NCBI GenBank assembly: GCA_963827235.1
Contig: CAWHAE010000009.1
Location: 1,056,001 to 1,120,000 of the forward strand
Length of the DNA stretch: 64,000 bases
From: an uncultured bacterium
GTDB taxonomy: Bacteria; Chloroflexota; UBA5177; JANWHV01
Direction of reading: 5' to 3'
The notes under the pieces were generated by a model, which worked only from the letters and a program-made list of their open reading frames with translations, did not search any database and was not told the DNA's origin. Both the position numbers and the translations under genes were made by a program. Positions 49,473-60,600 of this stretch are shown here, piece after piece (positions within the stretch are counted from its first letter, which is position 1; the number at the start of each line of letters is the position of its first letter).

Positions 49473-49965
49473 TCAGGCGGCCCGGATCTGCCCTAGCTCG
49501 AGGTGCGTTATCAGACGGTCGAGCTCGTCATCGGACAGGGCCGCAAGCTCGGTCGGCGTTAGGGTCACCTGCACCTGTGGCGCGACGACTGGGATATCCA
49601 AGCCCCAGAGCCGGCTGCGCCGCTCGCTGATGCGCAGCGCACGGTCGATGGCGCGCAACTTGCGATTCGGGGTCGTCCGACTGGAGGTCGGCCTGCAACT
49701 TGAGCAAATAGTTGTCGAGACGTGTATCTTCAAGCGCGCGCCGCAGGGCGGTCTCCTGGTTTGTCAGTTTGGCCAGTTCGCCGAGGGCCGTCTTGTCGTC
49801 GCGGAACACGGTTCCTAGGCCGGTGCCCAGCGACTCGGCGATGTCGCGGTAGCTGACGCCGGCGGCGCGATACTTGAGCACTTGGAGCCGGCGATAGGCG
49901 GCGCGCTCCGGCTGCCCGGCTGGCTGGTTCTTCGGCTGTCGATCGCTGATTCTCGAGTCATCCAT
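49473..49965 (-). CDS. HTH terminase small subunit-like protein (frameshift ~49670)
   Basis: RRLQVLKYRAAGVSYRDIAESLG HTH, RLD, and AIDRALRISERRSRLWGLDIP in the next frame; GAGGAGG RBS. Confidence 0.7.
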
Positions 49966-50002
49966 GGTAATCCTCCTCTGATCGGTCTACTAACCAACGC
50001 CT

Positions 50003-50043
50003 GCCGCCCGTCCGGAAGTTTGCCCAGCGCCCGGACGGGCGGC
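50003..50043. terminator. 13-bp GC stem-loop
   Basis: GCCGCCCGTCCGG-N15-CCGGACGGGCGGC between two minus-strand genes. Confidence 0.45.
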
Positions 50044-50055
50044 GGTGTCTAGCCG

Positions 50056-50829
50056 TCAACGGCGCCGCGGCGGCTGCTGGCTGGCCCAGTCGACGGCAGC
50101 CAGCGCGCGTAGTTGCTGATCCTGCGACGTTACCGGCCGTGGTGCTACCGCTGGCGCTTCGCCGTGCACAGGACCATGGCCCAGGGCCCTTCGCTCAGCC
50201 TCGACGAACAGCGCGAGCTCGTGCTGCAGCGCCCGGGCCGGCCATGGCGCAAATCGTTGGTCCGCCCAATGCACCACCTCAGCCACGGTCGCGGCGCTGT
50301 CCAGGCAGGGGGCCTGCTCGCGCGCCAGGAGTTGCAACCAACACCTGTCCACGTTCTGGCCCGCAGGCTGAGCCAGCAACCAGTTTCCAAAGGGCTGCCC
50401 GCCGGCGTCCTTGAGCGCGTCGGCCAATTCTGCACGCGCCCTTTCGACGCGGCCTAGCGACGCGCGGCGCTTCTCCTCGGCTTCGGCGCGTGCCTGCTGT
50501 TCGGCGGCCGCCTTCGCCTGCCGGTCCTGTTCGTCGAGCGCAGACAGCGCCTGGTCGCACTCCTCGCGCAGCCGGACAAGCGCTCCGTCCTCCGTGGCGA
50601 GGGCCGTCAGCTTGATCCGCAGATCCGCCAGGCGGTCGTCTCCAGGTGTCGGCATGCCGGCCGCAGCCAGCAACTGCCGATCGGCGCCGGCCTGCTGAGC
50701 TTCGGCGATCTCGTGCTCGAGGCGCTCGCGCTCCCCACGCAGAGTGATCAGGCGGCGATGGGCAGCGGCATTCTGTTGGGCCAACCCGGCGCGATCGGTG
50801 GGTGCGGTGATCGATGTACTTGTGCTCAT
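50056..50829 (-). CDS. Coiled-coil hypothetical protein
   Basis: 257-aa Ala/Glu/Arg-rich ORF overlapping the upstream stop. Confidence 0.55.
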   Translation of the reverse strand: MSTSTSITAPTDRAGLAQQNAAAHRRLITLRGERERLEHEIAEAQQAGADRQLLAAAGMPTPGDDRLADLRIKLTALATEDGALVRLREECDQALSALDEQDRQAKAAAEQQARAEAEEKRRASLGRVERARAELADALKDAGGQPFGNWLLAQPAGQNVDRCWLQLLAREQAPCLDSAATVAEVVHWADQRFAPWPARALQHELALFVEAERRALGHGPVHGEAPAVAPRPVTSQDQQLRALAAVDWASQQPPRRR

Positions 50830-51119
50830 GGAATCGCGAATCCTTTCGACTTAAGCGTTTCCCAGAGGCGGTTGGCCTCACTCCCGAAGAAAGTAACCTG
50901 ATGGTCGCCGTGCGGGCCCGCATCGCCGAGCACCAACGTGACCCTGGTCTGCTGAAAGTGGCGAAGCCCGCCTACAGCCTCCTCCACGCTGCGGAAGGCC
51001 TTCCGAATCCTCCCGATGGCCAGTAGCCGGTCGCCGATCTGGATGCAACCCTCGTGCGGGCCGGCGGCGTCAACTAGCGGCCCGAGGCGCTCGACGATCG
51101 TGGCGTTTCTCCTTTGCAT
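50826..51119 (-). CDS. Hypothetical protein
   Basis: AAGGAG RBS before MQRRNAT; coupled to the downstream gene. Confidence 0.45.
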   Translation of the reverse strand: MQRRNATIVERLGPLVDAAGPHEGCIQIGDRLLAIGRIRKAFRSVEEAVGGLRHFQQTRVTLVLGDAGPHGDHQVTFFGSEANRLWETLKSKGFAIP

Positions 51120-51560
51120 CTCCTTAGCTCCAACGGATAGGTGCCCTCGGGCTGCGGATGACAGGCAGCCCGAGGGCTGAAAGCCGGCCGCGCGCTGGTA
51201 TGAGCAGCGCCGGCCGGCGAAGATTGCTGGATGCACTGCCGCCTGTGCGACGCGAGGTCGCGCGCTCGCAACCCGCTTCGATGGCCCCACGCTGGCTGTG
51301 GCGGCAGACCGGGTAGGATTGTCTCATCGGGGTTCCCCCTCATAGCTCCTACATGCCCTGATAGGGGGCCCGGAGCCGGTGCTGGAGGGACGCCAGCTCC
51401 GGGCCGGAAGATGGCCGGGTGACAAGGAGAGCACCGCCCGGCCGGGAAGTGGTCAAGTCCTGCTGGATGATGGTGCTCTCTCAGCACCATGAGCCGTTCC
51501 ACAGGGCTCAAGCAGAGCCACGGACAATCCGGGGCTGACGACACGGCTGCTGCCGGCATT

Positions 51561-51655
51561 ACTGCCATACTGCCACCCTTACGGGTGGTGGCAGTGGCAG
51601 TCAGTAAATTGCCCACTGCCATGGCAGCGTTTGGCAGTAACGTGGCAGTGGCAGT
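51561..51655. repeat. Iteron-like TGGCAG(T)/ACTGCCA cluster, putative replication origin
   Basis: Nine copies in both orientations within 95 bp at the end of the helicase gene. Confidence 0.65.
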
Positions 51656-51661
51656 ACACAT

Positions 51662-53172
51662 CTAGAAATCGTTCTCCGCTTCGTCCAGTTGTTGTCGCTC
51701 GTGGGCAGACCACGGGCGAACCGCGCGTCTTCGATCGACTATGCCCGGGCTCCAAGCCTTGGGACCTTTCGGTGCTGCCTTGTAGCGCTGGCGGTTGCCA
51801 CTGGCCTCCGCGACAATCAGATCGAGGTCTAGCAGGGTCTTGCGTGACCTGTAGAATGTGCGCTCGCTGATGTCCAGGGCTGCGCATGCCTTCTGCCATG
51901 CCGTGGCGGAGACACTCCCGGGCCCGAGCGTCTCTAGCTCTGCCAGCACTGCGCGCACTGTGTCTGTCAGTGGGCCCGAGTTCGCCAGGTTCAGTAGCTC
52001 CCAGTTCAAACACAAGTGACGTAACAGCCGGGCCGTCTAGATTTACGACTTTGCCCTGGACGCGAATCGGTTCGAATTCGCCTGCGTCCTTTTGTTTCAC
52101 GCAGGTGATAGTCGCAGCCAGATCGCCGCACTTCTCAATGCCGATAATGGTGTCCAGCGCGCCTTCGAGTGCGCAACTGCCGCGGACGCCGCCACTCTTC
52201 GCCGAGTGGTGCAACACCAGTACGCAGCCGCCGGTCGTAGTACGTATGCGGTCCATAGCGGCCACGAGCAGGCCCATGTCCTGGGCGCTGTTCTCATCGA
52301 ACCCTACGTAACACCGGGCCAGCGTGTCCACAACCACCAAGGCCGGCATCTCAGACATGTCGCTTGAGGGTGCTGATCAGAGTGTCGAGCTGCTCTGTCT
52401 TGCACACTTGCACCGCACGAGGGATGATCTCAAGCTCGTCAGGGAGAGCGACTTCATGTTGCTTCGCCCATGCTTGGAGGCGCAGGACACACCCGTCGCC
52501 GCCCTCGGACAGGATGTAGAGCACCCGCCCCTTTCGCGTCCTCCTCCCGAAGAAGTGGCGTCCGCATGTGACGCACAGGGCCAGATGAATGGCAACGAAC
52601 GTTTTGTACTCGCCCGGTGGAGCGACGATCGCGCTGGTTGTGCAGTCCTGCAGGAGCCCTTCCACTAGAAACGTTGGCCGTGGTCGTTCGACGTAGGCGG
52701 TCGCGGAATAACGCTGAAAGGTCTGCGGCTTCGACTCCGGCCCCAGCTGATCAGGATTGGGCATGGCGTCGAGTACCCATGCGGGTAGTCGACCACGCCG
52801 ATCATGTGGGCAAATGCATCTGCCCGGCAGGCCGTCCTGGCTGGGCGCAATGCCGCCGCACGCCGAACAGCGAACACTATCGGGGATGTCCTGCGTATTC
52901 TCGGGCAGCAATAAGCGCTTGGGAAGGGCGCCCACGATACGGCGGCCGAACGCATCGTGCTCGCATACGCAAAACGACAGCGAACCGTCTGGCACGGGAG
53001 CCTCGCCCCCGCATCGTGGGCAGTATGCGAGCTCGTTGGCGTCGAGAGGCGCGTCTCTCGCGTCGCCCAGGCCTGTGCTGTCGTTAGGTGCTAGAACAAG
53101 CGCCGCCAACGCCGGCCCCGATCTGCTCGGCTGTCGCGTTGCCTGCGACGGTTGTGTCGTCCTCACGCGCAC
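51662..53172 (-). CDS. AAA_25/RepA-type replicative helicase with C-terminal wHTH (two frameshifts)
   Basis: APPGEYKTF, VLYILSEG, VVVDTLAR, DENS, LHHSAK, RGS, KQKD; ISERTFYR HTH. Confidence 0.85.
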
Positions 53173-53292
53173 GCTCTGCCTGGCGCTGTTTCAGCGCTAG
53201 GAATGCACGCCATACCACGTCGGAGATGGCTTGCAGAGCCTCGGCCGTATCGACCGCGATGTCACATCCTGAGTGAGGAAGTGGCGCGGCCA

Positions 53293-53472
53293 TCAGACTG
53301 CTGCTGCGTGGGGGCCCGCGGCCAGCCTCTCAATAGCCTCCCTCGGGATCCGCCAAGTTCTACCGATCTTGGTCGCTGGCAGCCTACCCGTCCGGATCCA
53401 GAAGATAATCGTGGACTGGGGGGCGTCAAGTAATTTCGATGCGGTTTCGACACGTACCGTAAGCGCAGACAT
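53293..53472 (-). CDS. Excisionase-like HTH_17 DNA-binding protein
   Basis: WIRTGRLPATKIGRTWRIPRE; AGGAGG RBS. Confidence 0.85.
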   Translation of the reverse strand: MSALTVRVETASKLLDAPQSTIIFWIRTGRLPATKIGRTWRIPREAIERLAAGPHAAAV

Positions 53473-53571
53473 CGCCGGTGCTTCCACTTCGCCTCCTATA
53501 GCTGAGTGACTCGATGCAACTGTCCCTACTGCTATGGAAGCACAGTACGGCGCGGGGCGACGTAACCCCAA

Positions 53572-54498
53572 TCAGCGGGGATTGGTTTCCTGCTCGTCAC
53601 CTGAAAACATGCACTCACAGGGCAACTGGAGGGGACACCTCGGCATGAGCCATTGAACGGCTTTGATATCGTTCTCGATCGCCTTCTCGATAGCTTGCCG
53701 GGAGGGCGGATCTCCGGGCCATATCTTTGCGGCCTTCTGGCTTAGGGGAGTGTTTTCTGGCTCGAAACCAATAGCGTAGGCCAGTTGGGCGGGTGTGGAG
53801 TTGGGCTTCTGCTTCAGCCACCACTTCCAGAGCGCTGCCACTTGCGACTGTTTGGTATAGTTCGCCGCGCCCCTATTACCGCCGCGGGATCGTTTCCCCG
53901 GCGTGGGGCGCAACAGCGGAGCAATGCGGTCATCGAAGACACGATTGATCGTGGCACGGAGTTGGGCCTTGGCGAACTCGCGGTTCAATCCGTAGGGGAT
54001 TCGGAACTGCAGCAGGATGGCGTCGACGGGGTCTTTAAGCTCGCTGCTTCTTGCCTCGCTCCAACAGTCGGATCCGTAGCACACGGTGGCCGGCACGCAC
54101 GGCCCAGAGTCGGATGGGGGGTTGGGTTGCACCACGCGTGCCTCGCGCACGAGCACATCCACAGCGGCACGCCACGTGCCCTCGATCACGGCGCGCCTGA
54201 AGGCCCGCAGCAACAGTGACATTGGCACACGACACGGGTTGTCCACCATGCCTGCGTAGCGGCGCCAGAGCGCTCGCTCGATGGCGTCCAGAGCAGTAGC
54301 ACGCTGCTCTCCCCCTTGTGCCGCAGCAGCCTCCAGATGGTCGTGGCACTGCTTCAGATCGCACTGAAGCGACCTCAGCCTGCCGAGAGCGCTCGCCATT
54401 GCCTTGATATTGCCTCGACGGCCCTGTTCATCGGCTGTGAATGATCGGAACCCGTCGTTTTCCCACTGCTCATCAGGTACACTCTTTTCAGCCATCAC
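53572..54498 (-). CDS. Hypothetical protein
   Basis: 308-aa ORF in the element operon. Confidence 0.5.
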   Translation of the reverse strand: MMAEKSVPDEQWENDGFRSFTADEQGRRGNIKAMASALGRLRSLQCDLKQCHDHLEAAAAQGGEQRATALDAIERALWRRYAGMVDNPCRVPMSLLLRAFRRAVIEGTWRAAVDVLVREARVVQPNPPSDSGPCVPATVCYGSDCWSEARSSELKDPVDAILLQFRIPYGLNREFAKAQLRATINRVFDDRIAPLLRPTPGKRSRGGNRGAANYTKQSQVAALWKWWLKQKPNSTPAQLAYAIGFEPENTPLSQKAAKIWPGDPPSRQAIEKAIENDIKAVQWLMPRCPLQLPCECMFSGDEQETNPR

Positions 54499-54604
54499 TT
54501 GAGCCCTCCAGCGGCTCGCGATGCGTCAGCTTTCGTGGACAGGTCGCCGACGAGCTACTCGGCGATTGCCTGGAAGTCTGGATCTGGCTTTCGGCGCCGC
54601 GCGC

Positions 54605-55045
54605 TCACGGTTCCTCGTCGCACACCACGAACCGCGCGGGGGCTCCCGGCCCGACCGTCTGCAAGTTGCGCACGAGACCGATCCTCGTCAATGCCGCCAA
54701 ACGCCGGCTTGCCAGACCGCGGTCGATACCCAACGCGCTCGCCACGGTGCCCAAGGTGACGCCAGGTTCACCCTCGGCGGGCTGCAGGCGCTTGACGGCA
54801 TCGAGCACCTCACGCTGCCGCTGCGTCACGCCGCCGGCGCGGCCCCCACGCGGCTTCCCGCGAGCACCCAGCGACCCCTGATACTCCGCGACCCACGCGG
54901 GTGTGGACAGCCATTCCAGGCCAGGACGGACAGCTCGGAGCCTCCCGGACTTAGCGGCTCTGAGCAAGGTCGTTGTCGACGCGTAGCCAAATTCTCTTGC
55001 CAGCTGTCGAACTGAGCACAAATTCGAGATCCCCGGTTCCGCCAT
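54605..55045 (-). CDS. Excisionase-like HTH fused to winged-helix domain
   Basis: SVRQLAREFG...AAKSGRLRA...WL; TQRQREVLD...VASALGI...RRLAAL...GLV. Confidence 0.65.
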   Translation of the reverse strand: MAEPGISNLCSVRQLAREFGYASTTTLLRAAKSGRLRAVRPGLEWLSTPAWVAEYQGSLGARGKPRGGRAGGVTQRQREVLDAVKRLQPAEGEPGVTLGTVASALGIDRGLASRRLAALTRIGLVRNLQTVGPGAPARFVVCDEEP

Positions 55046-55631
55046 TGCCCCTCCCGCCGGACATGCCGCCGGCCACGGCGCCAACTCTCGCACGAGTGCC
55101 CCACTGACCCGTAGCTGGCAGGCCGGACCGGCGGGGCGGTAAGGGGCAAGTCCCCAATGACTACCTATGCGCGTCGCGAATCAAACGTCCCCAGTTGCAG
55201 TGATCGACACTGAGCCGGCCCTTATACACGTCCACCAGTGCGAGGTGACGGTTGCCGCAATAGTCGCATGTCCGGCGTATTGGCCGTTCGCTGGCCTTGA
55301 GCTGGCGATAGTGGCCGTCGCGCCAGAAGACGAGCTCTGCGGGAACACCGGGAGGTGCCGCCGCCACTTCGAGTCCACCTCCGGGCCTGTATACTGGCGG
55401 CTACGTGCAAGTGCCGAAAGGGCCCGGCACGCGTCAGCCAGGATGTGCTCAACGTCCGCGTCTGCCGCGTACGACCGCGCTATGTTGGCCAACTCGTCGG
55501 AAAGCGCATGGGGCAGCGCATCCGGCCTGCCGTCTGTTACGAACGAAACTGCTGTCGCCATTCTTCTATTCTTATCCTCGTGTGAGCGGTAAGGCTCGGC
55601 TAGGTCCAGCCTCCCAGGCCGTATTCCGTAT

Positions 55632-56102
55632 TCAGCGATCGCAAAATGCTTCGTGAAGAAAATCAGCGAGCAACATGCCGCACGTTGGGCGGGCATCGGC
55701 AGACTTCGGGGCAAGGGTCGGCGCCGAGGAGGGCTGCGTCTCAGGCTCAGGCTGATCCGCGTGCGCAATACCGAGGTCGAGCACCGGCGGCGTGGCAAAC
55801 ATACCGTGTCGCACGGCCAAGGCAGTGACGGCTTCATGCTTGAAAACGCGACCACGCAGGCTGGTCGGGCAGTCGCAGACGAGGTGAAGGCATGCGCGGG
55901 CTCCCGTGCCCGAGAACGCCACGGTGTAGCCGCCATCGAGCCAGCGGCCGCCTTCTACGGTCGCGGTGCCGTACACGGCAGGATTGTCGGTCTTGAACGC
56001 CACAAGCCGCTCATCCGCAGCGCGAACGAGGGCCCTCAGCAGGGCGACCTGCCTGCCGGTGAGCACCGGGCTGTGGGGTTTGAGGCTGTCAAGTGATATC
56101 AT
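55632..56102 (-). CDS. Hypothetical protein with degenerate SWIM zinc finger
   Basis: CDCP...FKH; AAGGAGG RBS; downstream of a consensus promoter. Confidence 0.55.
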   Translation of the reverse strand: MISLDSLKPHSPVLTGRQVALLRALVRAADERLVAFKTDNPAVYGTATVEGGRWLDGGYTVAFSGTGARACLHLVCDCPTSLRGRVFKHEAVTALAVRHGMFATPPVLDLGIAHADQPEPETQPSSAPTLAPKSADARPTCGMLLADFLHEAFCDR

Positions 56103-56206
56103 GGCGGTGAACCTCCTTAAAGGGTTCGTGAGCGGCTCCCTGACTTTTGCGGGTGGGGGAGCCGTTCGGCGTTTCTCAGAGAGGACCGGTGTCCTCATCT
56201 ACATAT

Positions 56207-56235
56207 ATTATAGGTCGACTGACCGATAATGTCAA
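56207..56235 (-). promoter_or_regulatory. Perfect-consensus sigma70 promoter
   Basis: Minus strand TTGACA-17 bp-TATAAT. Confidence 0.8.
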
Positions 56236-56587
56236 CGGGTGGCCGGGATACTGCGGCGCAACTGTCGACCCGGCTTGGTGCTCTCCTCAATCATGCGACT
56301 GGGCCCCGCTGCGCCCGAGCCACCCCCAACGGAGATAGAAAGCCCAGTATCGCCACGCTTGACTAGGGACCATGGCAACTAGCGCGGCCCGCGCCCCGGC
56401 CGGGTGCTGGCCTGTGTGGCAAAATGGGCATAAGCCTAGCCGCTCCTGGGCGCTCAGCACAGCGTTGCACGTGGTGCTACTATGGGAATCGGTCCTGTGC
56501 GAGGGAACACCCATCGTCGCATCGAGCCCTGGTCGTAGACCGTCTCTCTCGCGGGCACGTGCTCGCGTGTGTGATAAGGGGTGCACC

Positions 56588-57659
56588 ATGTTCTGCGGTC
56601 AATGCGGGCTTCACGTCGATCCGGAATATCGGTTCTGTCGTCACTGCGGTGTCCAACGTCGCCCCCGACCAGCCGTACCGGTCGAAACCCAAACTACCCC
56701 CGCGGCGTCGACCACGACCCAGGTAGCTACCGCGGCGCCGCCGCAGGCCGGAGCGGCTGCAGCGGTCGCCACGCCACGCTTGACGTCGTCGTTCGCCCGG
56801 AGGTTGCATCTACGGGCTGGGATGGCGGCACAAGATGCTCTCGAGCGGCATCGCGGTGCTCTACTCCTCGTTGGCGCCGGGCTAGCCGCCCGTCGAGGGC
56901 CTTGCTGTCAACCCGCCGGCAACTCTGTGGTATCGACGAAGGTCGCCGAGGCCGTGGTTGCGCCGGCCAGGCCCGCTCCTGCCAGGACTGGGGCCGCCGG
57001 GCTGGCCCGTGCCGCTGGTGGTGTCGTCATTCAGGGCTGGCTGCGAGCCTGACTCATGTCTCGCCTACAGCCGGTGCACGTCCATCTGCGCCCACAGACC
57101 CGCCCACGAGACGCCCGTCCCTACCAACACTCCCAAACCCGCGTGCACGTCAGGGCCAACGGCGCCGCTTTCAGCAGCGCCGTGGGATGCGACTGCAGCG
57201 ACCTTCCAAGACGCAGGCCGCCAGGGCTCTGACCAGCCGGACGACACGAGCGGCGACCCGATCTCCTGGGCCTGCAGTGTCGCCAAGTTCCTGGGAAACG
57301 ACCCGACTGGAAGGGGACACAGCCGGGTGGGAACAAGTTGGCTGCTTGGTGTATCCGGCGCGTACACGGGTGGTACTGGCGATGGCGAAGCGCTTCTGCT
57401 CGTGAACCCGTTCATAGATCCGAGCGCCATGGATTCTGGCGATGACCTCGCGGTGCGTGGAACGGTGGGCTACCCCTACCGGCTACGAACGCGTTTGGAG
57501 GCACGATCATGGTGCCCCCGATTCGGGTCGTGTCACTGGTTGACAAAGGGCACGATTCCAACGCGGGCTAGCGCGCAGCCCGGAGCGGCTCAGGAAGGTC
57601 GTCCGCGCGCTGTCACCCAAATCAGGCCGCACGTAGGGCGCCGCAGCCGCCGCGATTAG
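56588..57659 (+). pseudogene. Zinc-ribbon membrane protein, frameshifted
   Basis: MFCGQCG...RFCRHCG, Pro/Thr linkers, OB-like C-terminal part in another frame. Confidence 0.5.
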
Positions 57660-60600
57660 CCGGTCAGACTGACGTAGTTCCTCTGCTGCACCGACAGGTT
57701 GTCGAGCACGGCCGTGGTGAGCACGCGGCTGTCCATCTGCAGCGTGAGCTGAATGGGCGCCGTTGCGCTGCTCGAGCCACCAGGATAGCCCAGCGATCCG
57801 CCCGGATAGCTGGTCGGCCGCATGGACGTGTTGGCCACGCTGTTGGCCATGGCGGTCATGGTGCTGCGCAGCCCGCCCTGCTGCCTGTCGATACCCAGGA
57901 TGAGTCCCTGCACCACGTCCTGGCCCATGTAGACCATCACACGCGCCGGGGATGCCCACTTCAAGTACCCCCAGGTATTGACTTGATCAGCCCACGATCG
58001 CTGATCTTCTTCTTCAGCGTGTCCACATGTTCTGATACCGTTGAGCAACCCCTGCATGACATCCGCACCAAACGTGTACAGAAGATTCAGTGCTCCCTTG
58101 GTACCGCCCAGCACGTTCAGCAGGTCGGTCGTCAGGTGCTTGAGGACGGCACTGCCCGTGACGGCACTCTCCATGGAGCTGGCCCAGCCGGTAACCATGT
58201 TCGCGCCGTAGCTGCCCAGCACCTTGAGGGCGCCTGCCGCGTTGCCCATGGCATTCAGCACGTCCGTGGTCAGACTGTTAAAGGTCGTCTTGACCTCCGC
58301 GGCGGCGCTGTCATAGAGGCCCTTCACGAGATTGACGCCCGAGTCCTTGATGCCGCCCAGCCCCGCCCAGTTCACCTTTTCCAGCGCACCGGCCAACGTC
58401 CCGGTAAGCCCAGACACATTGATCGCGCCGAGACCACCAGTGCTGTACCACCGAACAAACTACCCATCAGATTCTTGATGAACTTGTCCGCGCTGAATGC
58501 GGCCGGGCTGAGAGCATTAAACACATCCGCGATTTTGCCTAGAGCAACGGACCGGCTGACGTGAACCAGCCAGCGAAGTCGAACAACTTGCCAAACAGAT
58601 GGGCCGGAAACTTCACGATCGGAATGTTGACGTTGTCGAATGACTTGCCGATCGCCGTGGCGATGCTGCTAATATGCTCGGTAATCCACGACGCTACATC
58701 GAAGAGCTTGCTCAGCGACTGGAAGCCACGCCTACAGCGGTGCCAGGCAGATGGATTGCAAACTGCCAACGTCCAGTGCCAGGCTCTTGATCGGTATCTC
58801 CTTCAGCTTTCCAACGGCCCCAGTCACCGCTTTCCAGAGGCCAGTCAGGTCGATGCTGGGCCACTTGATAGCTTTCCATGCATCAGCCACCGCTTTCGCG
58901 AGGCCACTCAGGTCGACGTTGCCCCACCCGCTACCCGAAGTCACCGCTTTCCAGAAGCCACTCATAAGCCACCCACGTCGACGCTGGGCCACTTGATAGC
59001 TTTCCAGGCATCAACGAACCAGCCACCGAGTGTCTCAGCGCCGCCGGCAACCGTGGCCTTGAGACCGTCCCACAGGTCGCCCAGCGCCTTGATCGCCTGC
59101 GGAAGGCTGAAGGTGATGCCCAGGTGAATCGGCCCGATGTCCGTGCCCAACGTGAGCCACGGGCCGCTGCTAAAGGTGCTCTTCGGCGGGGCGTACTGCG
59201 CGAAGTAGGTCCAGAACTTCTGCGCGTACACGGTGGCCTGCGCCTCGATGTTGATCGGGATACTGACGTTGTTCGTGCCGCCCGTCACCGTGGTCTGGCC
59301 CCCGCTTCCACCCTGGCCGCCCGTGCCGCCTTTGCCCCCGGTGCCACCGCCGCCCCCGGCGTAGCTGTTGTTCGTGGTGTTGTAGGAGTTGATGACCGGC
59401 GCGAAGGTCATACCGCCAAAGGTCTGCTTGAAGTTCTCGGTCACGCTCTTGACCGAGTTGGTGACCGTGCTGATCGCCTCATTGATCGTCTGGCTCACCG
59501 AGTTGGAAACGTTCTGTACGTTCGTCGTGTCCGTCTTGAAGGTCAGCGTCACGGCGTGGTCGTCATAGTAGCGTTGCAGGTTGGCGATCCCGCCCGAGGT
59601 GTAGTTGTACGCGTTGGCGATGGTCACCTTGACGCGTGGTCGTCGAAGTACCGCTGCAGGTGGTCTGCACCCCGCCGGCGTAGTTGTACGCGATGGAGAT
59701 GGTCGCTTGACCGCATGGTCGTCGTAGTAGCGCTGCAGGTTGCTGACACCACCTGATTGGAAGTTGTAGCTGTTGGCGATAGTGGCCTTGACGGAGTGGT
59801 CGTCGAAGTACTTCTGCAGATTCTGCGTGCCGCCGGCGTTGAAGCTGTAGGTATCTGCGATGCGCAGCGTGAATGCATGACTGTCGAAGGACTTCTGCGC
59901 GTTGGTGATGACCGACGACAGGTCCAGGCGCGGCGCGATGGTGATGGTGACCGTCGGTGTTGCCACGCCGATGTTCGTCATGCCGCCTCCACCGCCAGCG
60001 CCGCCGCCACCTCTGGCCGGATCAGTGGAAGAATCGCCGGAATGGTGACCGTCGTCGGCGTGGGCAGGATATCCTTGAGCGTGTTAGCCATGACCAGCTT
60101 GACGGGCTGGCTCAGGCTCGGCAGCTTCTCCTTGGCCAGTTCCTTGAGCGCGGTGAGCAGCTTGTTGGCCGCCGTCGTCGCCGCGTTGAGACTGGGGATC
60201 AGCTTGTCGACGATCTCGGTCGTGTATGTCTTGGTCGCCGTGGTGACCTGGTTCTGCACCTGCGTCATGGTCTGCTGCAGGTTGACATGTGTCACCTGCA
60301 CGGGCCGCAGGTAGCGGTCCATGGTATCGCCGAGCAGGCGGAAGAAGGCCAGCATGTCGGTGATGGCGCGATTGGCGCCGGTCACGCTCGTGCCCACGGC
60401 CGCGAAGCCGCCGGTCACCACGCCGCCCGCGATGGCGCTGGAGATGGTCGCCATCTGGCTGCGCAGGTTGGCCATGCGGTCGGTCATGCCCAGCGCAGGC
60501 CGGCCATGATCTCCGTGCCGATGTCATGCATCACGCCGGACGGGGAGCTGATGCGCAGCCCGCTCTTATGCGCCTGGACCACCGCATCGGTCACCTTGGT

